From contig CAZMIT010000002.1 in assembly GCA_964566495.1 (NCBI GenBank), forward strand, positions 1-48,000: a stretch of DNA of 48,000 nucleotides, written 5' to 3'. Below, in pieces: positions 17,807 through 28,176 of this stretch. Made by a program: the position numbers and the translations under genes. Positions within the stretch are counted from its first letter, which is position 1. The number at the start of each line of letters is the position of its first letter. This DNA is from an uncultured bacterium (GTDB lineage: Bacteria; T1Sed10-126). The notes beneath the pieces were generated by a model that had not been told where the DNA came from, made no database searches, and saw only the letters and a list, made by a program, of their open reading frames with translations.

Positions 17807-18726
17807 ATTCTATTGATCAAGATATGGAATGGGGACATTTTCTTGACCTGTTTCGCCGGCAGTTGATGGTTTCCGAGGGGCTGGCGCAAAATACGGTTAA
17901 TTCCTACTGCAGTGATCTGTCGCATTTTATAGATTTTGTTCGAACAAAAGCGTTGTCGCCGGCCGAGGTGGACATTTACGTTTTGACGGATTACCTGGAG
18001 AGCTGTCGGGGAGGCGAGTATTCGCCGCGAACAATAAGTCGCCGTCTGGCAACTTTGAATCGCTTTTTTGCTTTCCTTAAAAAAAATCAAAAAATTGATG
18101 CCAATCCAGTGGAAAAATTGGAACGCCCCCAGGATAAAAGGCAATTTCCCAATTATCTGGACGAAGAGGAAGTAAAGCAACTGCTCACCGCTCCCAGGTC
18201 GGATGAAGATGATGTTGAGTTGCGTGATCGAGCGCTGCTTGAGACATTATATGGTGCCGGGCTGCGGGCTTCAGAAGCGGCTGAGCTGTGTAATGAAAAT
18301 GTCGACTGCGAGCGGGGAGAGATTCGGGTTACCGGGAAGGGAGATAAACAACGGCTGGTGCCCCTGGGCAGGCAGGCGCTCAACTGGTTGCAGGAATATT
18401 TTGATAAAGTGCGTAAACAGTGGGATCCTGCGGGTAAATCAAATCGAGTTTTTATCACCCCGGAAGCAAAGGCATTAACCCGGCAGCAGATCTGGCAGGT
18501 GGTAAAAAAATACGCCGCCCGGGTGGGGTTGACTGACGTAAGTCCTCATACCTTACGTGATTCTTTTGCCACACACATGCTCACGCGTGGAGCCGATCTA
18601 CGCAGCTTGCAAAAAATGCTCGGCCACAGTGATTTACGGACAACCGCCGATATATATGTCCATCTGAGGGAAGAAGTTAGGGAAGCGCATGAAGTTTTTC
18701 ATCCGCGTGGCGGGGAGAAAACTTGA
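17803..18726 (+). CDS. tyrosine recombinase, XerC/XerD family
   Basis: 307 aa. N-terminal SAM-like core-binding domain (YCSDLSHFIDF), catalytic contexts RDRALLETLYGAGLRASE, HTLRDSFATHML, GHSDLRTTADIYVH. ATGA overlap with the DUF368 gene. Confidence 0.85.
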   Translation: MNSIDQDMEWGHFLDLFRRQLMVSEGLAQNTVNSYCSDLSHFIDFVRTKALSPAEVDIYVLTDYLESCRGGEYSPRTISRRLATLNRFFAFLKKNQKIDANPVEKLERPQDKRQFPNYLDEEEVKQLLTAPRSDEDDVELRDRALLETLYGAGLRASEAAELCNENVDCERGEIRVTGKGDKQRLVPLGRQALNWLQEYFDKVRKQWDPAGKSNRVFITPEAKALTRQQIWQVVKKYAARVGLTDVSPHTLRDSFATHMLTRGADLRSLQKMLGHSDLRTTADIYVHLREEVREAHEVFHPRGGEKT

Positions 18727-18805
18727 ATAATTTCAATTTATTGCGGACAATAATTTACAACAGTTAAGCTACCGCGAATTTTTTAGGCTATGGAGGTGCT
18801 CGCTA

Positions 18806-19774
18806 TTGGAACTTGACAACTGGTTGGATACTAACACCTATCACCACTCGCGTTATAGCGATATAGAACGACTGCTGGATTTGAAGGAAAGGAAAGATTT
18901 GACGATTTCTGTCAGTCTCCCCACTCTGAACGAAGAGGAGACGATAGCAAAAGAAATAATTTTAATCCAGACGGAGTTGATGATTCAATACGACCTGGTT
19001 GATGAAATAGCAGTAATTGATAGTGGTTCTGAGGATAGAACACGAGAAATAGCCCGCAAATACGGTGCCTCAGTATTTCTGGCCAGCGACTACCTGAAAG
19101 AGGAAGGGGTTCACCAGGGGAAGGGGGAAAACCTCTGGAAAAGTCTCTATCTCCTCAAGGGCGATATAATTGTTTACCTGGACGCGGATATTAAAAACAT
19201 CGATCCGAAGTTTGTCTACGGTCTGGTTGGCCCCCTGCTTGAGCGGGAGGAATTAAGCTACGTTAAGGCTTTTTATGAGCGTCCGCTGCAGTTTGGTGAC
19301 GAGGTCAGGACTGGCGGCGGTGGTCGAGTTACAGAGATACTCGTAAGACCGCTGTTTAACATGTTTTTTCCAAAACTGGCCGGTATGATGCAACCGCTGT
19401 CCGGGGAATACGCCGGCCGTCGCAGTCTGCTTGAAAAGCTCCCGTTTTTTATTGGTTACGGGGTTGAGACAGGGTTGCTTATTGATATTAGTGAGCAGTT
19501 TGGAATAGAGAATATTGCCCAGGTCGACCTTGACAAGCGGGTGCACGAAAACCAGGACTTGCAGTCTCTTGGGAGAATGGCTTTTGGAATTTTACAGACC
19601 TTTTTCAGTCGGGCGGATGCGCTGGGCAAGGTAGAATTGAAAGAAGAGTTGCATCGGTTATACAAAAGTATTATTGCCTCCGGCGAAGAGTATGACCTGC
19701 GTGGCGAAGAGTTACGCGAGATTGAGCGACCGCCCATGGTGGAGCTTGAACAATACAGAGAAAAGTGGAAGTAG
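18806..19774 (+). CDS. gpgS: glucosyl-3-phosphoglycerate synthase (GT81)
   Basis: Block-by-block resemblance to my recollection of mycobacterial GpgS: LPTLNEEETI, GKGENLWKS, LVGPLL, VKAFYERPL, GGGGRVTEILVRPL, MQPLSGEYAG, GYGVETGLLID, IAQVDL, ERPPM. TTG start 9 nt after GGAGG. Confidence 0.8.
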   Translation: MELDNWLDTNTYHHSRYSDIERLLDLKERKDLTISVSLPTLNEEETIAKEIILIQTELMIQYDLVDEIAVIDSGSEDRTREIARKYGASVFLASDYLKEEGVHQGKGENLWKSLYLLKGDIIVYLDADIKNIDPKFVYGLVGPLLEREELSYVKAFYERPLQFGDEVRTGGGGRVTEILVRPLFNMFFPKLAGMMQPLSGEYAGRRSLLEKLPFFIGYGVETGLLIDISEQFGIENIAQVDLDKRVHENQDLQSLGRMAFGILQTFFSRADALGKVELKEELHRLYKSIIASGEEYDLRGEELREIERPPMVELEQYREKWK

Positions 19775-19787
19775 AGCGGCTATCAAA

Positions 19788-20342
19788 ATGAAAGTTTATC
19801 TGGTTCGACACGGCGCAACCTACTGGAATCAGCGAGGTTTGATCCAGGGGAATGTTGACGTAGGGCTTACCGGCGAGGGAGAAGAACAGTCCCGCCAGGC
19901 TGCAGACAAATTTCCTGCGGAAAGGGTTTTTGATCTTGCGGTTAGTCCACTTCGCCGCGCCCGGCAAACCGCTGAGGTTCTCAAACAAAGACTCAAGATA
20001 GACCAGAACTGGGTGCTGGACGGACTGCGAGAGTTTGACCAGGGCTACTGGAATGGATTGCCAAACGATGAAGTTGCGGAGCACATTGATCCGGCTACTT
20101 ATCAGAGCTGGCAGAAAGATCCTCTTAACTCTTCGCCTCCGGCTGGAGAAACTATGCTTGAGGTTGAAGAGCGAGTTAATGAGGCTGTTGATTTTTTAAA
20201 AGAAAATTCTAGCCATCCGTTGATCCTGGTGGCTCATAAAGTTGTAAACAGCATTGTTGCTTCACTGGGTGGAGAGTGGCCCCTAAAAGATGTCCTGGAC
20301 TCTCTGCCCGCTAATGCTGCTGTGTTCGAGGTGCGTCTATAA
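19788..20342 (+). CDS. histidine phosphatase (phosphoglycerate-mutase-like) family protein; candidate glucosyl-3-phosphoglycerate phosphatase
   Basis: ORF 19674-20342. ATG 19788 gives the canonical N-terminus MKVYLVRHGATYWN (RHG catalytic motif). The upstream extension overlaps gpgS. The phosphatase role is inferred from adjacency to gpgS. Confidence 0.75.
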   Translation: MKVYLVRHGATYWNQRGLIQGNVDVGLTGEGEEQSRQAADKFPAERVFDLAVSPLRRARQTAEVLKQRLKIDQNWVLDGLREFDQGYWNGLPNDEVAEHIDPATYQSWQKDPLNSSPPAGETMLEVEERVNEAVDFLKENSSHPLILVAHKVVNSIVASLGGEWPLKDVLDSLPANAAVFEVRL

Positions 20343-20436
20343 CCAGATACTTCCCTCCAAAAAACTTCTCTCATTGAGCTGAAAAAAAGAGGGGGAGCTT
20401 TTTGGAGGTAACTCAACAGATAAAGGAGAGGTATAA

Positions 20437-21696
20437 ATGTTTCCAACCCCACTTGAGGGATTGCAAATAAAACTTTTACATTACAGCTGTCCTCCGGTTA
20501 TTGGTGGAACTGAATTTATAGTTGAAGCTCACGCACGCTGGCTCAAAAAATATGGTGCAGACGTTGAGTTGTTAGTGGGCGAGGGCGAGCAGTTTGAGGA
20601 CGATATACCCGTCCGTCAGATACCAGAAATGGGCTCAAATTATACTGGTAAGAAAGAGGTTATTCAGACACTTGAGAACGGAGACCTGTCTCTTTTTGAG
20701 AAACAAAAGCGGAAGTGTAAGGAAAAGATAGCCCCATACTTTGAAGAAGCCGACCTTGTTATACCCCATAATATTTTTACAATGCCCTTCAATTTGCCCC
20801 TGACCGCAGCGCTCTTTGAGTTGGTTGAAGACACCTCTGCAAATACTCTCGCCTGGACCCATGATATAGCCTGGTTAGATGATAAATACGATACGCCCGA
20901 TGAATACCCCTGGAAGCTGCTGGCTGAGCCGGCGGCCGTCGACCGCTACGTCGCAATTTCGGGTCTGCGCGCAGATCAGCTCCGGTCGGTGTTTGAGAGG
21001 AAGACGCGGGTTGAGGTGGTCCATGACGGCATTGAATTTGATGAGTTTCATGAGCTTGATTCTGTTATTCAGCAAATATACAGGGAAAATAAGATGTATT
21101 ACGACGATATTTTAGGCATCTATCCGGCACGGATTGTCAGGCGGAAAAATTTTGAACTGGCGCTTGAGATTCTATATCATCTGAAAAAATTGGGCTATTC
21201 GATGCACTTCATTATTACCGGACCACCCGACCCCCACAATCCCGATTCGCTGGAATATTTTGAGGAGTTAAAAGAACTAAGGTCCGATCTTGAACTTGAG
21301 GACGAAGTTATATTCTGCTACGAGCTGGAGCACCCGGAGACCGGGGAACCGCTGCGGATCAGTTATAATAGGATGCGCCAATTTTATCGATTGAGTGATT
21401 TGCTTCTCTTTACAAGCCTTCAGGAAGGGTTTGGATTGCCTCTGCTTGAGGCCGGTCTCAGTCGGACATTAATCTGTTGTTCAAACATGGCACCGCTCCC
21501 CGAGGTCGGCGGCGAGGCACCGCTCTATTTTGATCCCGAGGAGCACCCGTCGATTATTGCCTACGAAATACGTGAGGAGATTGAATCCCAGGCGGCCACG
21601 CTTCTTCAGCGCCGGGTGCGCAAAAATTTCACCTGGCCCGCTATTTTTGAACGCTATTTGATACCGCTAATAGAAAATGTTTGTGAAAAAAATTAA
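20437..21696 (+). CDS. family 4 (GT-B, retaining) glycosyltransferase
   Basis: 419 aa. AGGAGAGG RBS. C-terminal GT1/GT4-type block SLQEGFGLPLLEAG (E-x7-E region). Confidence 0.8.
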   Translation: MFPTPLEGLQIKLLHYSCPPVIGGTEFIVEAHARWLKKYGADVELLVGEGEQFEDDIPVRQIPEMGSNYTGKKEVIQTLENGDLSLFEKQKRKCKEKIAPYFEEADLVIPHNIFTMPFNLPLTAALFELVEDTSANTLAWTHDIAWLDDKYDTPDEYPWKLLAEPAAVDRYVAISGLRADQLRSVFERKTRVEVVHDGIEFDEFHELDSVIQQIYRENKMYYDDILGIYPARIVRRKNFELALEILYHLKKLGYSMHFIITGPPDPHNPDSLEYFEELKELRSDLELEDEVIFCYELEHPETGEPLRISYNRMRQFYRLSDLLLFTSLQEGFGLPLLEAGLSRTLICCSNMAPLPEVGGEAPLYFDPEEHPSIIAYEIREEIESQAATLLQRRVRKNFTWPAIFERYLIPLIENVCEKN

Positions 21697-21707
21697 TAGG
21701 GATTGTA

Positions 21708-21860
21708 AATTCAACGCCACTGGATTCCCGCTTCCGCGGGAATGACAACGTGTGAATAGCCCGTCATTGCCGGACTTGATCCGGCAATCCAGCGATTTTG
21801 AAGTTGATCTTTAAATGGTTCAATTCAACTCCACCGGATTCCCGCTTCCGCGGGAATGAC
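21708..21860. repeat. three copies of the GTCAT-hairpin-ATCCA module (-, +, -)
   Basis: 21708-21746 (-), 21763-21807 (+), 21821-21860 (-). The two minus copies share the stem/loop CCCGC-GGAA-GCGGG. The plus copy has GCCGGA-CTTGA-TCCGGC. Confidence 0.9.
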
Positions 21861-21886
21861 GTGGAAAAATTTAGGAGGTAATTAAA

Positions 21887-22633
21887 ATGAAGGCATTACT
21901 GCTTGCTGCCGGTTATGGCACACGGCTTTACCCGCTGACTAAGGACCGTCCCAAGCCTTTACTGGAGGTCGGTGGTCGACCGATGCTGGATCATATCATG
22001 GACAAAGTGGAGGAAGTGTCTGCCGTCGACGAAGTCTTTATTGTCAGCAACGATAAATTTTACGAGAGCTTTTGTGACTGGGCCAATCAACGCGAAACCG
22101 GACTACCGGTTAAAGTGATTAATGACGGTACCAGCCAGGACGGCACGAAACTGGGTGCTATTGGCGATATCAAATACAGCGTTGACGAGGCGGGAATCGA
22201 GGAGGATCTAATGGTACTTGCCGGAGACAACCTGTTTGACTTCTCTCTCGTTGATATGGTCCAAACTTTTGATGAGAAAGGTGAAAATGTTATCGGAGCG
22301 CTGGAGTTTGAAGACGAGAGTAAACTCTCCAAGTATGGTATCGTTGACGCGGCACCTGACGGGCAGGTTGTGGATTTTGTTGAAAAACCCGACGATCCAC
22401 CTTCAAATCTTGTCGCAATGGGTATGTATTTGTTTCCCGGTGAAAAACTGAATCTGCTGGAGGAATACCTGCAGTCGGGGGGTAATCCCGATGAGCCGGG
22501 CTGGTATGTCACCTGGCTGGTTGAAAACGACGCTGTTTACGCCCACCGGTTTGAGGGTTTATGGTTTGATATTGGAGACAAGGATTCGCTAAAAAAGGCC
22601 GATGAATACGTAAGCAAGCGTGGTCTTTCCTGA
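21887..22633 (+). CDS. sugar-1-phosphate nucleotidylyltransferase (NDP-hexose pyrophosphorylase)
   Basis: N-terminal MKALLLAAGYGTRLYPLTKDRPKPLLEVGG signature. AGGAGG RBS. Confidence 0.85.
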   Translation: MKALLLAAGYGTRLYPLTKDRPKPLLEVGGRPMLDHIMDKVEEVSAVDEVFIVSNDKFYESFCDWANQRETGLPVKVINDGTSQDGTKLGAIGDIKYSVDEAGIEEDLMVLAGDNLFDFSLVDMVQTFDEKGENVIGALEFEDESKLSKYGIVDAAPDGQVVDFVEKPDDPPSNLVAMGMYLFPGEKLNLLEEYLQSGGNPDEPGWYVTWLVENDAVYAHRFEGLWFDIGDKDSLKKADEYVSKRGLS

Positions 22634-22683
22634 GGCTGTAGCTGTATCTGTTTAGCGTGTCCTTATTCAATGCCACTTAGTTT

Positions 22684-22818
22684 GTCATTCCGGGCAAGCG
22701 ACCGTAGGGGGCGCGACCCGGAATCCAACTTGAATTTTAAGCGGTTATCGTTCAAGACCATCCCCCCTTTCTTTTCTCCCCGTCAAGGGGGAAAAAGATG
22801 AGGGCTTCGGTAGGTTGT
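22684..22818 (+). repeat. composite repeat: GTCAT-hairpin-ATCCA module, C-run/G-run hairpin module, CTTCGGTAGGTTGT module
   Basis: GTCATTCCGGG...CCCGGAATCCAACTTGAA (22684-22736); ATCCCCCCTTTCTTTTCTCCCCGTCAAGGGGGAAAAA (22760-22796); CTTCGGTAGGTTGT (22805-22818), identical to 29664-29677. Confidence 0.85.
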
Positions 22819-22915
22819 GGTGGAATAGAAGGTAAAGGTTACCTTCTGCGTCGCTTAATGATAGAATAGTTCCTTTGAAATTTGATTATAATCTAAGCTT
22901 TAGATAGAGGAGTGA

Positions 22916-24187
<1,272 letters not shown>

Positions 24188-24250
24188 GATCCGTCCCAAA
24201 AGTCCATTATGCATTATGCGTCCTCTCCCAGGGTTCTGGTTACAGACGTG

Positions 24251-24466
24251 TCAAAGATGAAGGAGGTATCTTATTATCTCATTCTCCCCAGCCGGTTTTT
24301 TATGATGAACCGGCTGGGTCCGAGGTATACCTGGCAACGAGCAAATCCTCCAGGATCTATTGCCGGCTTTAAATCCGTGAAATACCCTGAATCTTCTCAG
24401 CCGTAATAGTGGTAAGGATAGTGAAGGAGATTTAAAAATCCGATAATAAGCACCTCCTTCATTTGA
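24251..24466. other. ~216-bp intergenic element bounded by ~26-bp inverted repeats (structured RNA or MITE-like)
   Basis: TCAAAGATGAAGGAGGTATCTTATTATC (24251-24278) versus the reverse complement of GATAATAAGCACCTCCTTCATTTGA (24442-24466). They match except for one 1-nt indel and a 2-for-1 AT/G difference (two indel/substitution sites). Internal perfect 11-bp hairpin at 24287-24318. Confidence 0.6.
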
Positions 24467-24535
24467 AAACGAATTGGCGGGGGAAGACACATTATGGATT
24501 AATACTGGTGCTTATATCTGGGAGATGATTCTTGT

Positions 24536-26803
24536 ATGAATCAATCAGCTCCTGCAGTCGACGAGTCGGCCGGGGCGATTGAGTGGTGGCGTCGGTTGCC
24601 CGGCTGGCTTGAACATTCCACTCCCGAGAAATTTTTGCAGACGGTGAAGAATGAACTGAAGGATTTTAATCTCTACTTGCGACTGGCAGATGAGTCGGCG
24701 CCAGAAGGGGTCACCGGCAAGGTATTAAAATACACAGAAGACGGACTTGAACTGGAACTGATAATTGCTGACCGTGAAACTGTTGAGAACACCGGTCATT
24801 ATCACGGTTTGATGGCCTGGATAGCGGCTCGCTATGCTCGGCTTCGCGAACAGAAACACCGTGATTTCAATCGCCGCGCCGATGGTTTTTTAAGCGATTT
24901 TTTAGATCGCTACACTGCCTTTGGATCGGCGGTCACTCCCTATATGCTAGCCTCTGTGCTGGCAGAAGTATCGGTCAGGCATTTCAACCGGGAGATCAGT
25001 AGTTTTATTTTTTACAACGAAGATCCCCCCCACCAGGTTTTTGGAGAAGCGGAAAATTTCCCTGAAGCTGAAAAGTTTGAAACTCATGAGCCCCCCCTGA
25101 CGTCCGGTGACGGTTACCACTGGTTTCCAATTTACACTGAAAATTGTCTTTTAGCGTCGGTTGCTTATCAGGAGCGTTTCTGGCCGTCAATCCGGGTCGA
25201 TTACCTGGTTGATGTTTTTAACTGTATTGGTGACCGGCTGAGCGGTATGGCTGAAGCCAAGCCGCCCCGCCACCGAGTTTATGAACTGGGCCAAGCGATT
25301 GACTTAACTTCTGATCACCTGCGAACCAGTCGCGGTCTTGATTACATACTTCAGTCTTATGTAGATATGATTTTTGAAGTATTTGACTGTGACGTTTGCC
25401 GACTTTTTTGGCGCGAATCCGATCATGAACTTAAGTTGCGGGCCTCGACACCACCGGCCGAGGAAGAAAATACAATTATCATTGAGGAAGACCCGCTGAT
25501 TGAGTCGGTTATAAACGAAAGCAAAGGTGTGCTCATCAATAACGTTCCCGCCGCTGATGAAGAAACAGGTCGTGACGATGGCTTTCGAAGTTTTATTTCT
25601 GTTCCCCTGCGGTTGGAGGAACGAGTTATAGGTACTGTTAATATTTCATCGGAACGGGCTAACTCCTACACCGAGGAGCAACTGGCCCGGCTTTCCAGTT
25701 TCTGTGATCGGCTGGCCGGGATCTATTCTATCGCCCTGGATTTTGCTAATCTGACCGCCTACGTTGAAGAGCTATTGCTTGAATTGCCAGTTGGTGTGAT
25801 TAATATTCGCTTTGGCTCCTCGGAAGTTATATTAAATCCCGTCGCACGTCAGCTCCTTTCAATTCCTGCGGGACGACTTGGGGAGGAGGAGTTTGTTGAG
25901 CGAATCAAAAAACTTGATTCCGAGGAGTTAGTGAGTCTTGTTGGGGGGGCGAAAGAGGCTGATCTTGTAGGACCGGTAGACATCGAACTGGGCGGTGAAC
26001 AGAGCCACCCAACAGTAATATCAGCGCTTCGATCATACGTAAAAAATGTCTCGGGTGAAGTTATTGGGGCCATCATCGTTTTGTCCGATGTTACCGAACA
26101 GCGGCTCTTAAACCGGCAGATGAGTCGGACGGAAAGATTGACGGCTCTCGGCGAGCTCGCTTCCAGTCTTGCTCACGAGATAAAAACACCCCTGACTTCC
26201 ATTCACGGTTTTGCTCAGATGATTCCGAAAAAAATGGACCAACCTGAATTTCTTGAACGAATGTCTGAGGTTGTGCAAAGAGAAGCGGACCGGCTCAACT
26301 CTCTGGTTGAAAATCTGCTTTCTTTCGGCAAACCGCAGGTTGAGGAAAAAAGGCGGGTTAACATTCCGGACCTGGTTGAGGATGTGCGGGTTTTAGTGGA
26401 TAAAAAAATAGAAAAAAAGCAAGCCAGTCTAAAGGTGAAATTGCCGGATCAGTTGGAAGTAATGGGGGATGGCGCCAAGTTAAAACAGGTGTTCATCAAT
26501 CTTCTGCTCAATGCGCTTGATGCAGTTGAGCCGGACGGCGAGATCATTGTTCGTGGAGAAAAAACCGACGAGCGCTTTGTAAAAATTGAGGTGGTGGATG
26601 ACGGCGAAGGAATGGAGCCGGAAATTTTAAATAAGATATACAATCCTTTCTTTACCACCAAGTCCGAAGGATCCGGGCTCGGGCTGGCTATCACTCATAG
26701 AATTATTGAGGAACACGGGGGCGAGCTGGAAGTTAACTCGTCGCCCGGCGAAGGGACAGAAGTAAGCATTTTATTACCTGTTTTTGCGACGGGTGAGAGG
26801 TGA
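24536..26803 (+). CDS. cytoplasmic sensor histidine kinase (GAF-like and PAS-like regions, HisKA, HATPase_c)
   Basis: 755 aa with no obvious TM helices. H-box SLAHEIKTPLTSI; N and G boxes NLLLNALDA, DDGEGM, GSGLGLAI. Confidence 0.9.
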   Translation: MNQSAPAVDESAGAIEWWRRLPGWLEHSTPEKFLQTVKNELKDFNLYLRLADESAPEGVTGKVLKYTEDGLELELIIADRETVENTGHYHGLMAWIAARYARLREQKHRDFNRRADGFLSDFLDRYTAFGSAVTPYMLASVLAEVSVRHFNREISSFIFYNEDPPHQVFGEAENFPEAEKFETHEPPLTSGDGYHWFPIYTENCLLASVAYQERFWPSIRVDYLVDVFNCIGDRLSGMAEAKPPRHRVYELGQAIDLTSDHLRTSRGLDYILQSYVDMIFEVFDCDVCRLFWRESDHELKLRASTPPAEEENTIIIEEDPLIESVINESKGVLINNVPAADEETGRDDGFRSFISVPLRLEERVIGTVNISSERANSYTEEQLARLSSFCDRLAGIYSIALDFANLTAYVEELLLELPVGVINIRFGSSEVILNPVARQLLSIPAGRLGEEEFVERIKKLDSEELVSLVGGAKEADLVGPVDIELGGEQSHPTVISALRSYVKNVSGEVIGAIIVLSDVTEQRLLNRQMSRTERLTALGELASSLAHEIKTPLTSIHGFAQMIPKKMDQPEFLERMSEVVQREADRLNSLVENLLSFGKPQVEEKRRVNIPDLVEDVRVLVDKKIEKKQASLKVKLPDQLEVMGDGAKLKQVFINLLLNALDAVEPDGEIIVRGEKTDERFVKIEVVDDGEGMEPEILNKIYNPFFTTKSEGSGLGLAITHRIIEEHGGELEVNSSPGEGTEVSILLPVFATGER

Positions 26804-26812
26804 AAATTAAAA

Positions 26813-28171
26813 GTGTCTGATTTGGTGAAGGTTTATGTGATTGACGACGATCCCAGCATATGTCAGTTGTTTGAAGAAGCTCTTGGAGACAGCTACGATG
26901 TGACTTCATTCCAGGATGGTGAGTCGGGGATAGAGGCGATTGAGGAGTCAACCCCGGATGTGCTGCTGCTCGACATAATGCTGCCGGGGAAAGGGGGGAT
27001 GGAGATACTTGAGGAAGTGCGAGAAAAATTCCCGCGAGTTGTTGTGATAATGGTTACTGCCTATGACGACGTTGACACCGCTGTTCGCGCTGTCAAGCTG
27101 GGAGCACACGATTACATAGCCAAGCCTTTTGACCTCGAGGAGGTTGAGGTGACTATTGAAAAAGGATTGGAAAATCGTGAATTAAGGGAAGAGGTTAAAC
27201 AGCTGCGTTCTTTTCTTGAAGGTGATTATCAACACTCACCTCTGATCGGAGAAAGCCAGGCGATGGAAGAGGTTAAGCAGCGGATCGAAAAGGTGGTTGA
27301 CACTGACACGGCGGTTTTGATCCAGGGGGAGAGTGGGACGGGGAAGGAAGTTGTGGCCAACACTATACATTACAACAGCAGCCGGAGCGACCAGCCGTTT
27401 GTGGCGGTGAACTGCGCTGCTATTCCTTCTGATTTGCTGGAAAGCGAGTTGTTTGGACATAAAAAGGGGGCTTTTACCGGGGCGGAAGAGGACAAAAAGG
27501 GGAAAATTGAACTGGCTGACGGAGGCACCTTGTTTCTCGATGAAATCGGCGCAATGCCTTTGCCGATGCAGGCAAAAATGCTGCGGGTGCTCCAGGATCA
27601 GCAGGTCATGCCGGTCGGGGGCGAGGAGGCCAGACAGCTCGATTTTCGCTTGATCAGTGCAACCAGTTCGGAGATCGAAAAGATGGTTGAGGAGGAGCGC
27701 TTCCGACGTGATTTATACTACCGGATTAATGTCTTTGAAATAAAATTACCACCGTTAAGGAAAAGAAAAAAGGACATCCCTGTATTTTGTAATTATTTTC
27801 TCCAGGAAATAAGCAAAAAAGTGGAGAAAGAAGTGAACGATATTAGTCCGGAGGCGATGGAAATTTTAACCTCTCACGATTGGCCGGGAAATGTTCGTGA
27901 GTTGCGAAACGCCCTTGAAAGTGCTGCCGTGGTTGCTGAAGAGGAGGTGCTTCAACCCGGTGATTTTGATCTGCTGAAAGGATCCCGGGAACGGGCGGCG
28001 GGCGAACAGTCAATCCTGGAGGAGGGTCTCTCCCTACAGGAAGCCGAAGAAAAGCTTGTTGAAGCCACTTTAAAAAGATATGACGGCAACATAACCCGGG
28101 CTGCTAAAGAGCTGGGTATTACTCGAAAAACTCTACGTAAAAAAAGAGATGATTACGGAATTGAGGTGTAG
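26813..28171 (+). CDS. sigma-54-dependent response regulator (NtrC family enhancer-binding protein)
   Basis: REC domain (DVLLLDIMLPG), AAA+ Walker A GESGTGKE, GAFTGA loop (GHKKGAFTGA), C-terminal Fis-type HTH (ITRAAKELGITRKTLRKK). GTG start after a GAGAGGTG RBS. Confidence 0.9.
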   Translation: MSDLVKVYVIDDDPSICQLFEEALGDSYDVTSFQDGESGIEAIEESTPDVLLLDIMLPGKGGMEILEEVREKFPRVVVIMVTAYDDVDTAVRAVKLGAHDYIAKPFDLEEVEVTIEKGLENRELREEVKQLRSFLEGDYQHSPLIGESQAMEEVKQRIEKVVDTDTAVLIQGESGTGKEVVANTIHYNSSRSDQPFVAVNCAAIPSDLLESELFGHKKGAFTGAEEDKKGKIELADGGTLFLDEIGAMPLPMQAKMLRVLQDQQVMPVGGEEARQLDFRLISATSSEIEKMVEEERFRRDLYYRINVFEIKLPPLRKRKKDIPVFCNYFLQEISKKVEKEVNDISPEAMEILTSHDWPGNVRELRNALESAAVVAEEEVLQPGDFDLLKGSRERAAGEQSILEEGLSLQEAEEKLVEATLKRYDGNITRAAKELGITRKTLRKKRDDYGIEV

Positions 28172-28176
28172 TAGCC

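Noticed and set aside
17803-18726. Tyrosine recombinase as the integrase of a mobile element or prophage
   Set aside because: It is translationally coupled to housekeeping genes and has XerC/D-like length and motifs. No att-like repeats, tRNA target or phage genes flank it.
20351-20408. Imperfect hairpin CCTCCAAAAA ... TTTTTGGAGG between the phosphatase and GT4 genes as a terminator or riboswitch
   Set aside because: There is no T-tract after the stem on either strand, the loop is large and poorly paired, and the downstream RBS is not sequestered. Noted only as weak structure.
21708-21860. CRISPR array interpretation of the repeated hairpins
   Set aside because: Copies occur in both orientations, with irregular spacing, different stem sequences and no uniform repeat-spacer periodicity. 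No cas genes are in the window.
24188-24535. Sigma-54 promoter at CTGGCAACGAGCAAATC (about 24330-24346), and small ORFs 24209-24406 (+) and 24251-24490 (-)
   Set aside because: The -12 element (TTGC) is missing at the required spacing. The ORFs lack an RBS, and their shared MKEV N-termini are an artefact of the inverted repeat.
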